DNA of 64,000 bases from Ramazzottius varieornatus (taxonomy: Eukaryota; Animalia; Tardigrada): NCBI GenBank assembly GCA_001949185.1, contig BDGG01000003.1, positions 2,235,663-2,299,662 of the forward strand. Reading direction: 5' to 3'. The notes under the pieces are model-generated. The model was not told the DNA's origin. It did no database searches and saw only the letters and a list, made by a program, of their open reading frames with translations. The position numbers were made by a program, and so were the translations under genes. Positions 1-11,056 of the stretch are shown here, in pieces (position 1 is the stretch's first letter; every line of letters starts with the position of its first letter).

Positions 1-352
1 TGTGTGCCTACGGCGAACCCACGGTATTTCGATCAGGGTCTTTAGATAATGCGTGTGTGGCGCAAATTGGATATTGCGGCACGATACCGGCGGTACTGCT
101 TCAGCCTGATGGATATCTTAACCCCGAACTCTCTACCTAACCCTGGCTGCATAGAATCAGATGGGTTGGAGTGTGAAAAGATCACTCTTCATACCTCAAT
201 TTCAGACCAACCAAAACGAAAGGGACACCAAGAACCGAAATGCGAATTTCGAAGGGTGGATAACAAGAAAGTTGTTAATTTCTTCAACAACCTATTTAGA
301 AATTACGGTTGGCATGGCTTTGATCTTTCTAGGAACAAAAGTATTCATGTAC

Positions 353-524
353 CTGTAATCCAGTTGCGGAAGGGAGTCTAAAGCAAAAAATTCTTGGTGA
401 AGAAACAGCAAACTTGATAGATCCATGAAGCCCACTATCGTAATACTGTCTCACATCGTGGTCGCATTACCTCGTGACGGACGTATGCGCCAGTCCCGCC
501 TTCCTTAGGCTTCTCGGATGTCAT
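353..524 (-). CDS. 5' exons of a glutathionyl-hydroquinone reductase (YqjG/ECM4-like GST); gene continues left out of the window
   Basis: Exon 524-471 (MTSEKPKEGGTGAYVRHE, then GTAATG donor) joined to 25-nt exon 377-353 (ttttttgctttag acceptor, TPFRNWIT, GT donor) gives G-x-Y/F-x-R-x-x-x-x-FRNWIT, the N-terminal motif of YqjG/ECM4 enzymes. Catalytic CPW motif not in window. Confidence 0.65.
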
Positions 525-1209
525 CTTAGCAGGCGGTGGGTAAATTGAAAATCTCCGAGGTGTTGGGGACGAGAGGGAAGGTTCTCGGGAGCTCACGTCA
601 AAGTGGAGAAGACTACGTACAAAGCGGATCAGGCGAAAATGAGACATGTTTGCACCGGAAGTCGAACTGCGGTCATTCTCGAGCAGGCTGGAATGGATGC
701 ATCGGGAGAGTGATCGGTATCGGCCTGTCAAATTTGCCTTCTACAGGGCAGTTTGACAAGCTATTCTATGCTTGCACTCGGTGCGTCCATGCCAATATGT
801 TCTCGAGATTGCGACTTTGCAGCGACCTACCGTAGCAGTGTGAGACTTGCGAGTTTTATCAGCTTTTCCTGATTTGCCCACCGTTGTCCACAAGATATCC
901 TTTTCCTTCCCGCCTCCCCAGCGTGCCAGACTTCTTCCTTTGAAGTCGGAACTTCAGCGTCCTGGAATCGTACTACCAGTGGGACACGCGTCAGCTGTTG
1001 GAGCTGTCCATCTTGAAGAGGTTGGGGACTGAACGTACAGTAATTCACGTAGACAGAGGAGCGAAATTATTGCTGGCTAACAACCTGACTAACGATTATC
1101 CTGGAACTTATCCTGATTTCGCCATGAAGGTTCGTCTCTGAATATTCACTACCAGGCCGAGGACTTACACGTGAATATCGAGCGGGAGGAGCGGACCGAG
1201 AGAGAGAGG

Positions 1210-1731
1210 ATGCCTAGTTTGAGCTCGCCAGAATATCAGCCGCTTACTCAGTCTGCAGCTCCATCTGGTCAGTTTCGTCCGCAAGCATGGGATCCTTGGT
1301 TAAGTCTTTCTCAGATTGGTGCCGTTCAAGCAGTGTTCTACGTCTCAGCCACAACGTTCCTGGCTATCGGAAGCCACTTCCTGCAGTTCCCTCTAAGCCT
1401 TCGATATGTCTTCGATCCTGCAAGGACGAACATATCCTCGTCGGATGGGAAGTGGTTGATAGCCATGTACTTTCTGAATGCTTTGATTCTAGCTTTTGTT
1501 CTTTCTGTTTTAGTAAGACGCTCCAAGCTGTGCTTGGACTTTGTTATAACATGCCAGCTTCTTCATTTGATATCTTGCTGGTGTTACACTTCGTTTTTTC
1601 CGAGCAGCGTCAGCTGGTGGCTTGTTCAAGTCATGAGTGCCATTGTGGCTACGTTTCTTGGGGAATACTTATGTTTAAGGGTGGAAATGGAAGCGATACC
1701 TCTTTCGCAGGCTGTTCGCTCTGATGTTTGA
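1210..1731 (+). CDS. SYS1: SYS1 Golgi trafficking protein (single coding exon)
   Basis: GQFRPQAWDPWLSLSQI matches Sys1 GQFR..WDP.LI.SQI; RSKLCLDF..T..L.HLI.CW; WW; GEYLC...E...IPL; four hydrophobic segments. Confidence 0.92.
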   Translation: MPSLSSPEYQPLTQSAAPSGQFRPQAWDPWLSLSQIGAVQAVFYVSATTFLAIGSHFLQFPLSLRYVFDPARTNISSSDGKWLIAMYFLNALILAFVLSVLVRRSKLCLDFVITCQLLHLISCWCYTSFFPSSVSWWLVQVMSAIVATFLGEYLCLRVEMEAIPLSQAVRSDV

Positions 1732-1827
1732 TTTTTGTTGATATTTTATTGATCAGAGCTCATTTTATCATTATGGTTACTTTCTCCAGTGAAGATGGAC
1801 TTGTCCACTGTCAAGCAAAGAATAACC

Positions 1828-1880
1828 TGGGCAACTTTGAAGCAACTTGGGCAACTTTGAAGCAACTTGGGCAACTTTGA
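1828..1880. repeat. 20-bp tandem repeat (GGGCAACTTTGAAGCAACTT, ~2.6 copies)
   Basis: Read directly from sequence downstream of the SYS1 stop; internally a degenerate 10-mer repeat. Confidence 0.85.
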
Positions 1881-2456
1881 ATAAATCAGATTCGAGATGT
1901 TATCGTTAGATCAACCAATCAAACGACAAATTTAAGATTTCGAATTTTTTGACCTTTGCCACGTTTCTCTGCAAGGGTAAAGCGGTCACTAAAGAGAAAC
2001 CAGAGTCGGGGTGACTGGGCGTCCTGACCACTCTCTTGGTTTGATTGGTCTTACAACCCGGGCATTGCGTGTATGCCATCAGGGGGGCCTATACCACGCA
2101 GTTTTGCTCGCGCACAAGTCCAGCTGTCCGTCTGTTACTACCCTTTGCATGGTATGCAGACAAATGGATTTTTAGTTCCATGGTCCTCGCTGGCCTTCTA
2201 GGTATAGAGGGTGGGTGAATATACTCGTACTGACAGATCAGAGACTGACAGAGAGCAGCGACCAGATATCGGTCACGTATGAAGTGATGCGACGTCTGCA
2301 TGTGGAGTTGTGGACCTGCAGAGTTCAGACATTGTTTCACTTGAAAATTATTGGAAAATCACGCAACAATCAATTTTCGACGTGCTCTCCTGTTCATTCA
2401 TCGACCATTGTCCCTGTGAGAATCAATGATGATCTGGAGTGTCACCTGTCTCTCCA

Positions 2457-5400
2457 ATGCTTCTTGCAAGTCCGATGCGTAAGCGGCTAAAGGTGGAGGA
2501 TAGTCGCGGAGCCCTGTTGTCGACCACGAAGCCATCACAGCTTGTCCCCTCAACCAGCAGCACATCTCCCCACGTCCAGCCTAACCCCGCCACCATTTCG
2601 TCTCAAAAGACCAAACGTGCCCGTCTTTCCGCTCCGGAGGACGAAGAGTGCTGTCTTGTAAGTACAAAATATCAACATAGTCGAAAGGAGAAGGTGGAAA
2701 GTTACGTATGGAAGTATGGAAGATGGTGATGGGCGCATGCTTCAGAAAACTTTTTATGCTACGTGTGCTTGATTGTGTAACAGGCTGAGGCCATCTTTCC
2801 GCACTCTTTCAAACTTGCTTCTCTTTCAGACTCTATATGAACGATATATCAACCTATTTCTTGTAGGGAATATGGTTGAAGATGTGAACTAAATTTTTAG
2901 AACGAGAACGAGGGATTATTGTTGCATTTTCGAATATTCTTTAATCAATGGTTCAACTGTTCAAGATTTTGATCGAAACAGTTTTCGAATTTCATCTCTT
3001 ACATACTTCTGTGTTTTTAGAGGGGCGTCGTGATGGTGGACACTGTGAAAGAAGCAATCTGGAATGCCTTGAACCATTACGCTTACGAAGATGCTGTCTT
3101 CGCGGCGGAGAGGCTCTACTCGGAGCTGAACACGGCGGAAAGCATCTTTTTACTGGCCACATGTCTTTATCGCGCAGGAGATACACATCGGGCTTTCGAA
3201 ATTCTCAGTCGTTGTCCCGCTGATCAAACTAGCTCAGGTATCTTATTCTTAGCCATGCATCTTTAACCTGTAATCTTTTCGAAACCTTTTTCCAGAGCTT
3301 CGCTCGTGTTTGCATTTCCCTTTCATCGACCTGTATGTAATAAGTTCGGGGTTTTTACCTTGCAGAAATTCGCTACCTTTACGGGAAACTATGTACGGAG
3401 TTGGAGCATTACCAAAAAGCCGAGAACATCTTGACCAACTGCTTCGCTTTCGGCAAGCAATGTCCTCCGGACGATGTTGAGAAACTGTACAAGCCCGATA
3501 CCTGCAGTTATGCCCTGCAAGTCTTGGGACAAGTTTACTCAAAGTCCCAACGGTAAGAATCAACCTTATCGCAATTGGAATTCGGGTGCCAGAAACCTTT
3601 TTATGTTCCTAGGAAGGAGATGGCCGCGACAACGCTGAAGCGAGCCGTCTCACTCAACCCATTTCAATGGAGCAGTTTCGAAGCCATTTGCCATATGAAA
3701 GAGGACATCAGTGCCAAAGAAACCTTCTTCAGAACAGTGTCCAGTAAGGTCGTCCCTTCCGATGGCCATTCAGGGGACGAGAACGAGGAAGGGGTCCCGG
3801 ATGAAGATGTTGATATGCCAGCGGATGATGACGCCATACCGTCGCCCTCCCTTCCGTCGCTGCCTCCCTCACCGGTGAAGGTGGCTGCGCCCACGCTTCC
3901 TGCCAGAAGAACCGAGAAAGCTACTTTCGGTATACTATGAATGACAAATGGGAGCTTGGCAAATGGTTTCACCCGGATCGCTGTCTCAAGCTGCGCATGT
4001 TTTCATTGTCACTGTATGAGATCGTGCGCCACTTGGGAAAACGATCTGCGTAAATTCATTCACCAACGTCCCAGGCTGGGAGGGGGTTTCGTGATGAACC
4101 TGAATTCATGGGTGGCTCTTCCGTAGGTCCAGTGAGAGCTGCTCAAATACGAGGTTCTGTCGTCCAAGAAGATTCCTTGTGCATAACGCCCTTCCCATCA
4201 ACGCGGTCTTCGGTGGTACCCACACCGCTGCTGACGGCCAATTCACCTTCCCGTCGTACACCCAACACTTCACATTCACAGCTTAACTTATCTATGGAAT
4301 CACCTAACTTATGCCAGTCCAGTCAAGCGAAGAAAGTCAAGTCGAAAGCTCCCGGAGTTTTTAGGTACTGTACTGCATCATGCATTCGCACTCCGTTCTG
4401 AGTTTTTTCCATATGTCCTGATTTCGATCCTTTTCCACAGGATGACGGGCAATTCGTCCACCTTGGAGTCGCCGTCGCTCTTCAACCGCGCGCAACGGTT
4501 GTCCAGTGAAGCTTCCAACACTTCGTCGTTAGGATCTTCACCAGCGCAGCCACCTCTTCGACGTAGTACCAGATTACAGGCGAGCAAGACCGCGACCGGA
4601 AGCGCTGTAAAGGAGAATAAGACTCTGCAGAAACGAGGAGACTTGGAGGATAGTCGGCTGAAGCCAAGCAAGAAGATGAACCGACTGGACAAGACTTCGT
4701 CGAACCTCATCAAGAGTGAGAGCCACACGGAGAACACACCGGATCCCGCAGTTGAACGATCAGAAAATTCGAGTAAGTTTGTTGGGTCTATTGTATTACC
4801 TCTAAGGTTTCGCGCAGTCACGTGACAGGCCAGTAAATATTGCGTGGCGGGGATGAAAAACTTCGCTGCCATCAATCAAAAATTCCTCGCCAATCAAGCG
4901 CAGCAATGTGCCACAATTAAACAATCAGTGATACGAGGCCCCGGGTGTAATTCACTGATTTATCACGTGACTGCGCGAATCCTTAGAGGTAATGCAGTAC
5001 ATCGGCAGGATCGAACACTGAATATTACCAACAATGTTATGCATCGAGAATATCATTCTGAGTATTTTCATGATTTGCAGTTATTGGAGTAGCGGTGAAG
5101 AAGAGTAACACGCCGGAAGAATCGAACAAGACTTCTGGTGGAACTCTTCGTCAGAAGAGGAAGAAGGAAACTAGTGACTGCTCAGTTTCCGTTACTCTAC
5201 TTGAACCGTCATCGACCGAGATCGCTCTCACGGAACAAGAACGATTGTCAGCGCTGGTTATGCGCTCATATTGTCGTTTCGGTATGTGTCTCTAACATTC
5301 ATTGGTGAGGAGAGTTTGTTGATGATGATTGTTGTGTTTTCTGCAGGTGATGTCGTGCAGTTGCTGTACGCCTACGATATACCCGCAGCCTTGGAGAAGC

Positions 5401-7017
5401 TGACGCTCATCTCACCCGAACAGAAAGAAGCGCCGTTCTATTGGTATTTGAAAGGCCGTCTTCACTTCGAGATGCTGGAGTATGACTACAGTGTCCACGC
5501 GTTCGAAGAGATGAGAAGGAAAGATCCGTACTACTCGAAAGGCATCGACTACTACAGCGTTGCTCTGTGGCATCTGCAGAAGGAGAAAGACTTGGCCATC
5601 TTGGCCAAGTACATGGTGCAACATCACCGCAATGCACCGGAAACGTACGTTGTGTACGGCAACGTTTTCAGGTACGCCAGCTTTGCTAAGATGAACCTGT
5701 TCTGGCGAGGAAAGAACTGACTCACGCACCGGCATGCAGGGAGCTGCACGTTTAATGCGGCGCGCCAGTATGCAGATGCCTGAGATTCACTTGACCTGGC
5801 CTTTCATGTTCCTGCATACGTTAAATTGAGCGTTTAGTACGGCGGAAATGTATGTGGGTGCGTGAAATATGGTACGCATTGTCTGGTTTTTCATTTGGTA
5901 CGGATTTGTTTCAGTGTTCAAAGGGAACATGAATACGCCATCAAGATGTTCCGTCGAGCGCTGCAGCTGAGTCCGAACTACGCTTACGCGTTGACGCTTC
6001 TTGGACACGAGTATATCGCTACAGAGGATAAAGACAAAGCAGCGCAGTGTTTTCGCTTGGCCATCAACGCTGATCCATCGCATTACAACGGTTGGTACGG
6101 ACTGGGTTTGATCGAGCACAAGCGCGAGAACTACCCAGCTGCACTGGCCAACTTCAAACAGGCTCTCGCCGTCTACCCATCGAATCCCGTCATCTTGGTC
6201 CAGCTCGGGGTGGCTCAACACGCGCTGAAACAGACTGCCGAAGCCCTACGGACGCTCTCCTCGGCGGTTACTGCCTTTCCGAGGAACCCACTATGCCGAT
6301 TCCAGAAAGCTAGTCTGTTGTACTCGATGGGCCATTTGGAGAAAGCCACTGAGGAACTGAATGTCTTGAAAGACTTGGCACCGAAAGAGTCGCTGGTTTA
6401 CTTCCTGCTGGGAAAGGTACATTCAGAAAATAATCTTCATGAAAAGTAGGTCTGAAAACCGAAAAAAATGATGATGTCATGAGGTTCAACTCTCGACCTT
6501 TCGCCTGCTCGAAATATCGTAATTAGTAATTTCGGGATTCGACAAGATTATTTTTACCAAGTGGCGCACAGTTTCAGAGTTACTGGCTGAGAGCATACGC
6601 CGCTTGAAAAAGCGATGTTGTCGAACTTGATGTCTCCCAAAGTGGCGTACGTTTCAAGTGTTATTGCCTGGAAGCGTGCGTCGCTCGAAAATCCAATCTT
6701 GTCGAGTTCGTTCTCCTGTTTTTATTTGAGGTGATGCCATGTTTCTTTCAGGTCAGCAAACGGTCGGGAAATACGCACACGGCGCTGATGTACTTTTCCA
6801 AAGCGATGGATTTGGATCCGAAAGGTACGGAAGAACGGCGAAGAACTTTTGAATGCGTGCAGTGATAAGGTAAGACTAAAGTGAACTTTCGTGTGTAGGA
6901 ACCAACAATCAAATCAAAGAAGCTTTCAATAAGCTGTATGGGGGAGTGGAAGATGACATTGTGCCGCGTCGGGGACCTGGTACGAGCACGGCGACCGCGT
7001 CAACGAGCACGGCATAG
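2457..7017 (+). CDS. CDC27: Cell division cycle 27 (APC3), multi-exon; conserved start region at ATG 3033, putative upstream in-frame exon 2457-2657
   Basis: AIWNALNHYAYEDAVFAAERLY N-terminal motif; TPR exons (YYSVALWHLQ, QREHEYAIKMFRRALQL.PNYAYALTLLGHEY, HYNGWYGLG, PKESLVYFLLGK); C-terminal AMDLDPKG-TNNQIKEA; stop TAG 7015-7017. Confidence 0.93.
3975..4047. repeat. IR25 inverted-repeat element (25-nt spacer 3999-4023), CDC27 intron
   Basis: ggatcgctgtctcaagctgcgcat-[25 nt]-gtgcgccacttgggaaaacgatct. Confidence 0.8.
4791..4997. mobile_element. MITE (~207 bp) with TA flanks, Tc1/mariner-pogo type, in CDC27 intron
   Basis: Terminal inverted repeats TTGTATTACCTCTAAGGTTTCGCGCAGTCACGTGA / TCACGTGACTGCGCGAATCCTTAGAGGTAATGCAG; TA at 4789-4790 and 4998-4999; no coding capacity. 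Confidence 0.8.
6539..6706. repeat. Two tandem IR25 units (period 81 bp; spacers 6570-6594 and 6651-6675), CDC27 intron
   Basis: tcgacaagat...ccaagtggcgcac-[25]-atacgccgcttg...tgtcgaacttgatgtctcccaaagtggcgtac-[25]-gtgcgtcgctcg...atcttgtcgag. Confidence 0.8.
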
Positions 7018-7913
7018 ATGGGGCCCTTCTTCATTGTGATATAGCGTGGGGTTGTGGTTGGAGCGGGATGGATGGATGCAGAAGGAAACGGGTGGACGTC
7101 AGTGCTGTCGATCTTCGTGTACAACAGTGTCCGTGGTCGTTTCTTTCTCTAATCCCTGATGTGAAGCAAATCTTCTATATCTAGAGCTTTCTGTTTTATG
7201 TTCTCTATCTCTATCTTGCATAATGAGGGAAGGAAGGCATTGAACACAAACCAATCTTCTTCATTCACCACGCAGTTTTCTTGTGTGCTTTGGCCAGAAA
7301 TGCGCATGCAGTTTTTGTATCTAGCCGCTATACCTCAGCTTTACTCTGTAGTCTATTTACCCCAAGCTCTCCGCGTTTACCAAGTTCTACAACTTTTTGC
7401 GATACCATACTATCGTTTCATTTCATGTGCTTGTTGTTAACATGGCGTTTACCGTTTTGCCGTAAGATATATATGACACCCAAGTCTTTTTTCTGTCGAT
7501 TCTGCAATCTTATCGTATAGCACCAGAATGTAACTCCTGTTCAAGTCTTGTGTTCAAGCAGTGTTGAAGCAAAATCGTGATGGATATTTGTCGGTGTTTT
7601 TTTGCTCTTCCTCAAGATTCGCGCGATTGTTGCCTCTTTTTTCCCCCATATTCAAGAGGTTCTTCTGTTGGGAGTGTCTGTCTCTGTCTGTTCAGAAAAT
7701 ATTCTCGAAAAAAGTAATCCGTCTGCCTCTTTCGGTTTTGCACGAACTTATCCCGTGCACCAGGCAACAAAACTCTTCGTGTAAAGTAACTGATATACAC
7801 GCAGTTTACTTAGTTATCGGCCAAGGCAAAATTACCGGCCACCGGCCGAGAGCGGCAGTGCATTGATTGATTAGTTAACTGCGTGTAGTCGAGACGTGGG
7901 TAATTGATTTGAG

Positions 7914-7971
7914 CCAGATCGCTTCCCCAACTGGCGCAGACTTTCAGGTAATAACAGTGCGCCATCTGAGA
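7914..7971. repeat. IR25 variant with 17-nt spacer, intergenic
   Basis: ccagatcgcttccccaactggcgcag-[17]-gtgcgccatctgaga. Confidence 0.65.
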
Positions 7972-8170
7972 TATGGACAAGCTCATGACATGATGTTAAG
8001 ATACGAATTCCCCGAACCCGGAAGTAGGATAGGTGACCAGAAATCCGCGAACGCTCTCAAGAGTCCACCAAACATGGAGAAAATAAAATTTTGAATTTTA
8101 TCGGTTTATTCATGAATGAATATTCGGTCGCACGCGACGCAGCCCGCTTATCGCAATATTGAAAAGACGT

Positions 8171-9771
8171 TCAGCCGTTTGCCACACATTGAACCGGACA
8201 AGTCAACGGCGTTATGGTGCCCGTACCCAAATAGGTACAACCCAGGTTGGGAGCTCCGTTTGCTGCCATACATGCCTCGATATTCGTCGTGACCACGCCG
8301 TTACAGTTCGGATCGAAAGGTCCACATTGGCAGATGATCGCACAAGTCAGGGCATTTGGATTTGAAGTACCGCGACCATTGTATGAACATCCGGGCGATG
8401 GTGCTCCCAGCTGCTGTAAGCACAATAATGCGTTACTGGGCGCCAGCGTGGTGGTAGCTACTGTGGTGGTCGTCACGGTGGCTACCGTTGTCGTTGTTAC
8501 GGAACAGGTGACGGTAATGGCGACTGGCACAGAGACGGCGAGTCCCTGACTTGAAACCGCAGTCACGATCAGGTTGTACAATCCATTTGTTGGGGTTCCT
8601 ATGACGGTGATCAGCCCGGCGGAATTGATTGAAAAGAGGTTACTGCCCTGGGTGGGCGAGCTACTGATGTAATAGCTCACAGCGTTAGTGGCTACGACAG
8701 GACCTACTATGGTCCCGGGAGAACATATGGATAGTGTAAAAGGGTAGGCGGTGAGCGGGAAGTACGGGGAGTAGACGATCGTGGTGGGACCTCGAGTCGT
8801 CGTTGTGGTAGTGGTTGTGAAACTGCTGGCCGTCGATGGATAGACACAGTTGGTGGTGTTGATGGTGACTATGACGTTGGTGGGTACCCCATTGGGGTTC
8901 CAGGCTGTAATGGTCAGAGTGACGAGAGTACCGACAGGAAGGGGGTAGAGCTGTATGATGGTACCGGTCGACGGGTTGATGAAGAAGTAGTTGACCCATG
9001 GTCCGCTCTCGATCCAGTAGGCGGTGTTGGTGGTCGTGATTCCAGTGGCGGAGACCGAGCCCATGGTGGCGTTGTAGCCGCAGAGTGTGGGGAAGAAGAC
9101 GTAGGGCGACTGGGAGAAGACTGGCGCGGCGTAGTTGAAGTTGCAGTTGTCGTACAGGCAAGTGCCATTAATGGTCACACTAGTGGCGCCACTGGCAGAG
9201 CTGAGTAGGTTGCAGTTAATGGTCACTTTGACCAGAACTGTGCTTGTTTGACCAAAGATGGTCTTGGCTTGGACGGAGAGAAGGTAGCGACCGGCAGCAA
9301 CTGCGGTAGAGAGGGATATGAGTCCAGCGGAGGAGATGGTGAACCCGGGATCGCCGTTTGTGATGAAGTAGGATGTGGCGTCTGTGGCTGAGACGGCTCC
9401 GACAATAGTCCCAGCTGTGCAGTTTCGGGTAATGTATTTGTAACTGGCGATTGTGTCCACTGAATGAAGAATCACAATTGAGAAATGGTAATATGGTTTG
9501 TTTTACAGGTGGAGCTCCAAAGATGACAGCAATGTCAAATCGCCAACGTACCTGAGTTGGCATCGTAGTCTATTACGGAGAATTCACCATGATGCGCTGA
9601 AGATGGCTGCTGATTTACAGGTAAAGTTAATAAATTCATAAGACGCAGACACATATATGCAGAATACGAGCGAAAATTACCTACCGAAATATGTGATAGA
9701 ACAGTCAAAGAGGTAAGGATCAACAAGAAGGACCAACGGTATCCGTCTACAATATTCCCTCGGAATACCAT
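8171..9771 (-). CDS. Predicted secreted protein with three cadherin-like beta repeats, Thr-rich linkers and a duplicated C-terminal Cys-rich module
   Basis: Large exon ~9462-8171 has three ~85-90 aa repeats (C..GT.VG.V.AT.A..Y.I....F.I...G.I......G.Y.L.V.A) and poly-T linkers; hydrophobic N-terminal exon from ATG 9771 (WSFLLILTSLTVLSHISV, GT donor at 9680); no TM helix. Small middle exons uncertain. Confidence 0.7.
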
Positions 9772-11056
9772 CACGACTTTCTGGGTCGCGACACGCGTCG
9801 ATGTGGCGAACAATCCCGAAATTCGTGGATGGATGAAAGGTGGAACTCACACTGTGACCGACTGCAGTGCAAGTTTTCGTGCGAGGTACGCGGGTGGCTT
9901 GAAATTCATTAATGAATTTTCATATTTCTTCAAGTCGAGAGGGACTTGATAGCAGGGTCAATATTGTATGTCGTCCGACAAGAAGCTTGTTGGCTTGTTT
10001 GAAATAAGTAACAAGTGCAACGGTAACCGCTTAGAATGAACAAGGAAAGATGACACTTACTCACGTTTGTCGTGTCGTACCAAACTTTTATCAATATTAT
10101 GATTTGCTCGATAACTTCCGGTGAGACGTCGTTGTCTGTCAGTCCTATAGTAGCATTCATGGACAAGGGCCGAAAATTTCCAAGACCACTGTTTCTGATG
10201 CTGTTGTCTTTTATGGTTGATGCATGGAATAACGTTAGAAAGCTCTGCAGTCCGAGTCGCGCCCGGAGCAGATTTCTTGTGTTTCTTATAGAGCACTTTC
10301 TAAACTTGCACCGAAGATCACAACCTATCTAGAAATATCTGCCAAAACAAGCGAGAAAATTCATGGTGTGTTTTGAAAAAGACCGCATCGGCAGAGTTCG
10401 GATGCTGTTAGCTCCTGCAGAGTGTTTTTGTAAAGGATTATTTTTGGGATGGTGTTGACTATTGAAGGAGGTGGCGCGAGTTTTGTTTATCATCAGAGGG
10501 AATTTTGTGAGGAAGCCAGCATAGAGAGCGGCGTTGGTTATGATAACAAACCAAGTATCCCACGGGTGCCTCGACGCATACCAAACGTCCGCCGTGGAAT
10601 GCCCACTGACGCAGCTACATTTAATTTTGAGAAGTGCGCATCACTTTGGAAATTACCAGTTATGCCAAATTTAGCATCATTAGGCTACATTGCAGCGCTT
10701 TCTTCTTTCTTCCACTCGCTCCTCCATCCATACACTACCCGCATCTCAAAAGCGAAGCGCAATCCAACTTCAAGATATAGGCGTCTTACACAACAGTCTA
10801 GAGGCTTTATTGTGCTTTGCGAAGTACCACGGCAAACACTGAAAATTTATTCCAGCGTGCGTAATGTTTACCGCCAAGTCATTCTTGATTGATCATCGTG
10901 GCAAACCCATCTCGCCTGAAATCTTTTTCCTAATACTTTATGTTGCTCATATCTGTCCTCCGGCATTGTTCTGAGACATCATCGAACGCTTTTCTCAATG
11001 CCGTGAATATTCCTGAAATTGTTTGGCCTTATTAGGTGTGTAAAGGTTCGCGCAGT

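Noticed and set aside
6539-6706. CRISPR array call for the palindromic repeat-spacer units
   Set aside because: Eukaryotic intron, at most two spacers per locus, degenerate repeats, mutually related spacers and no cas genes.
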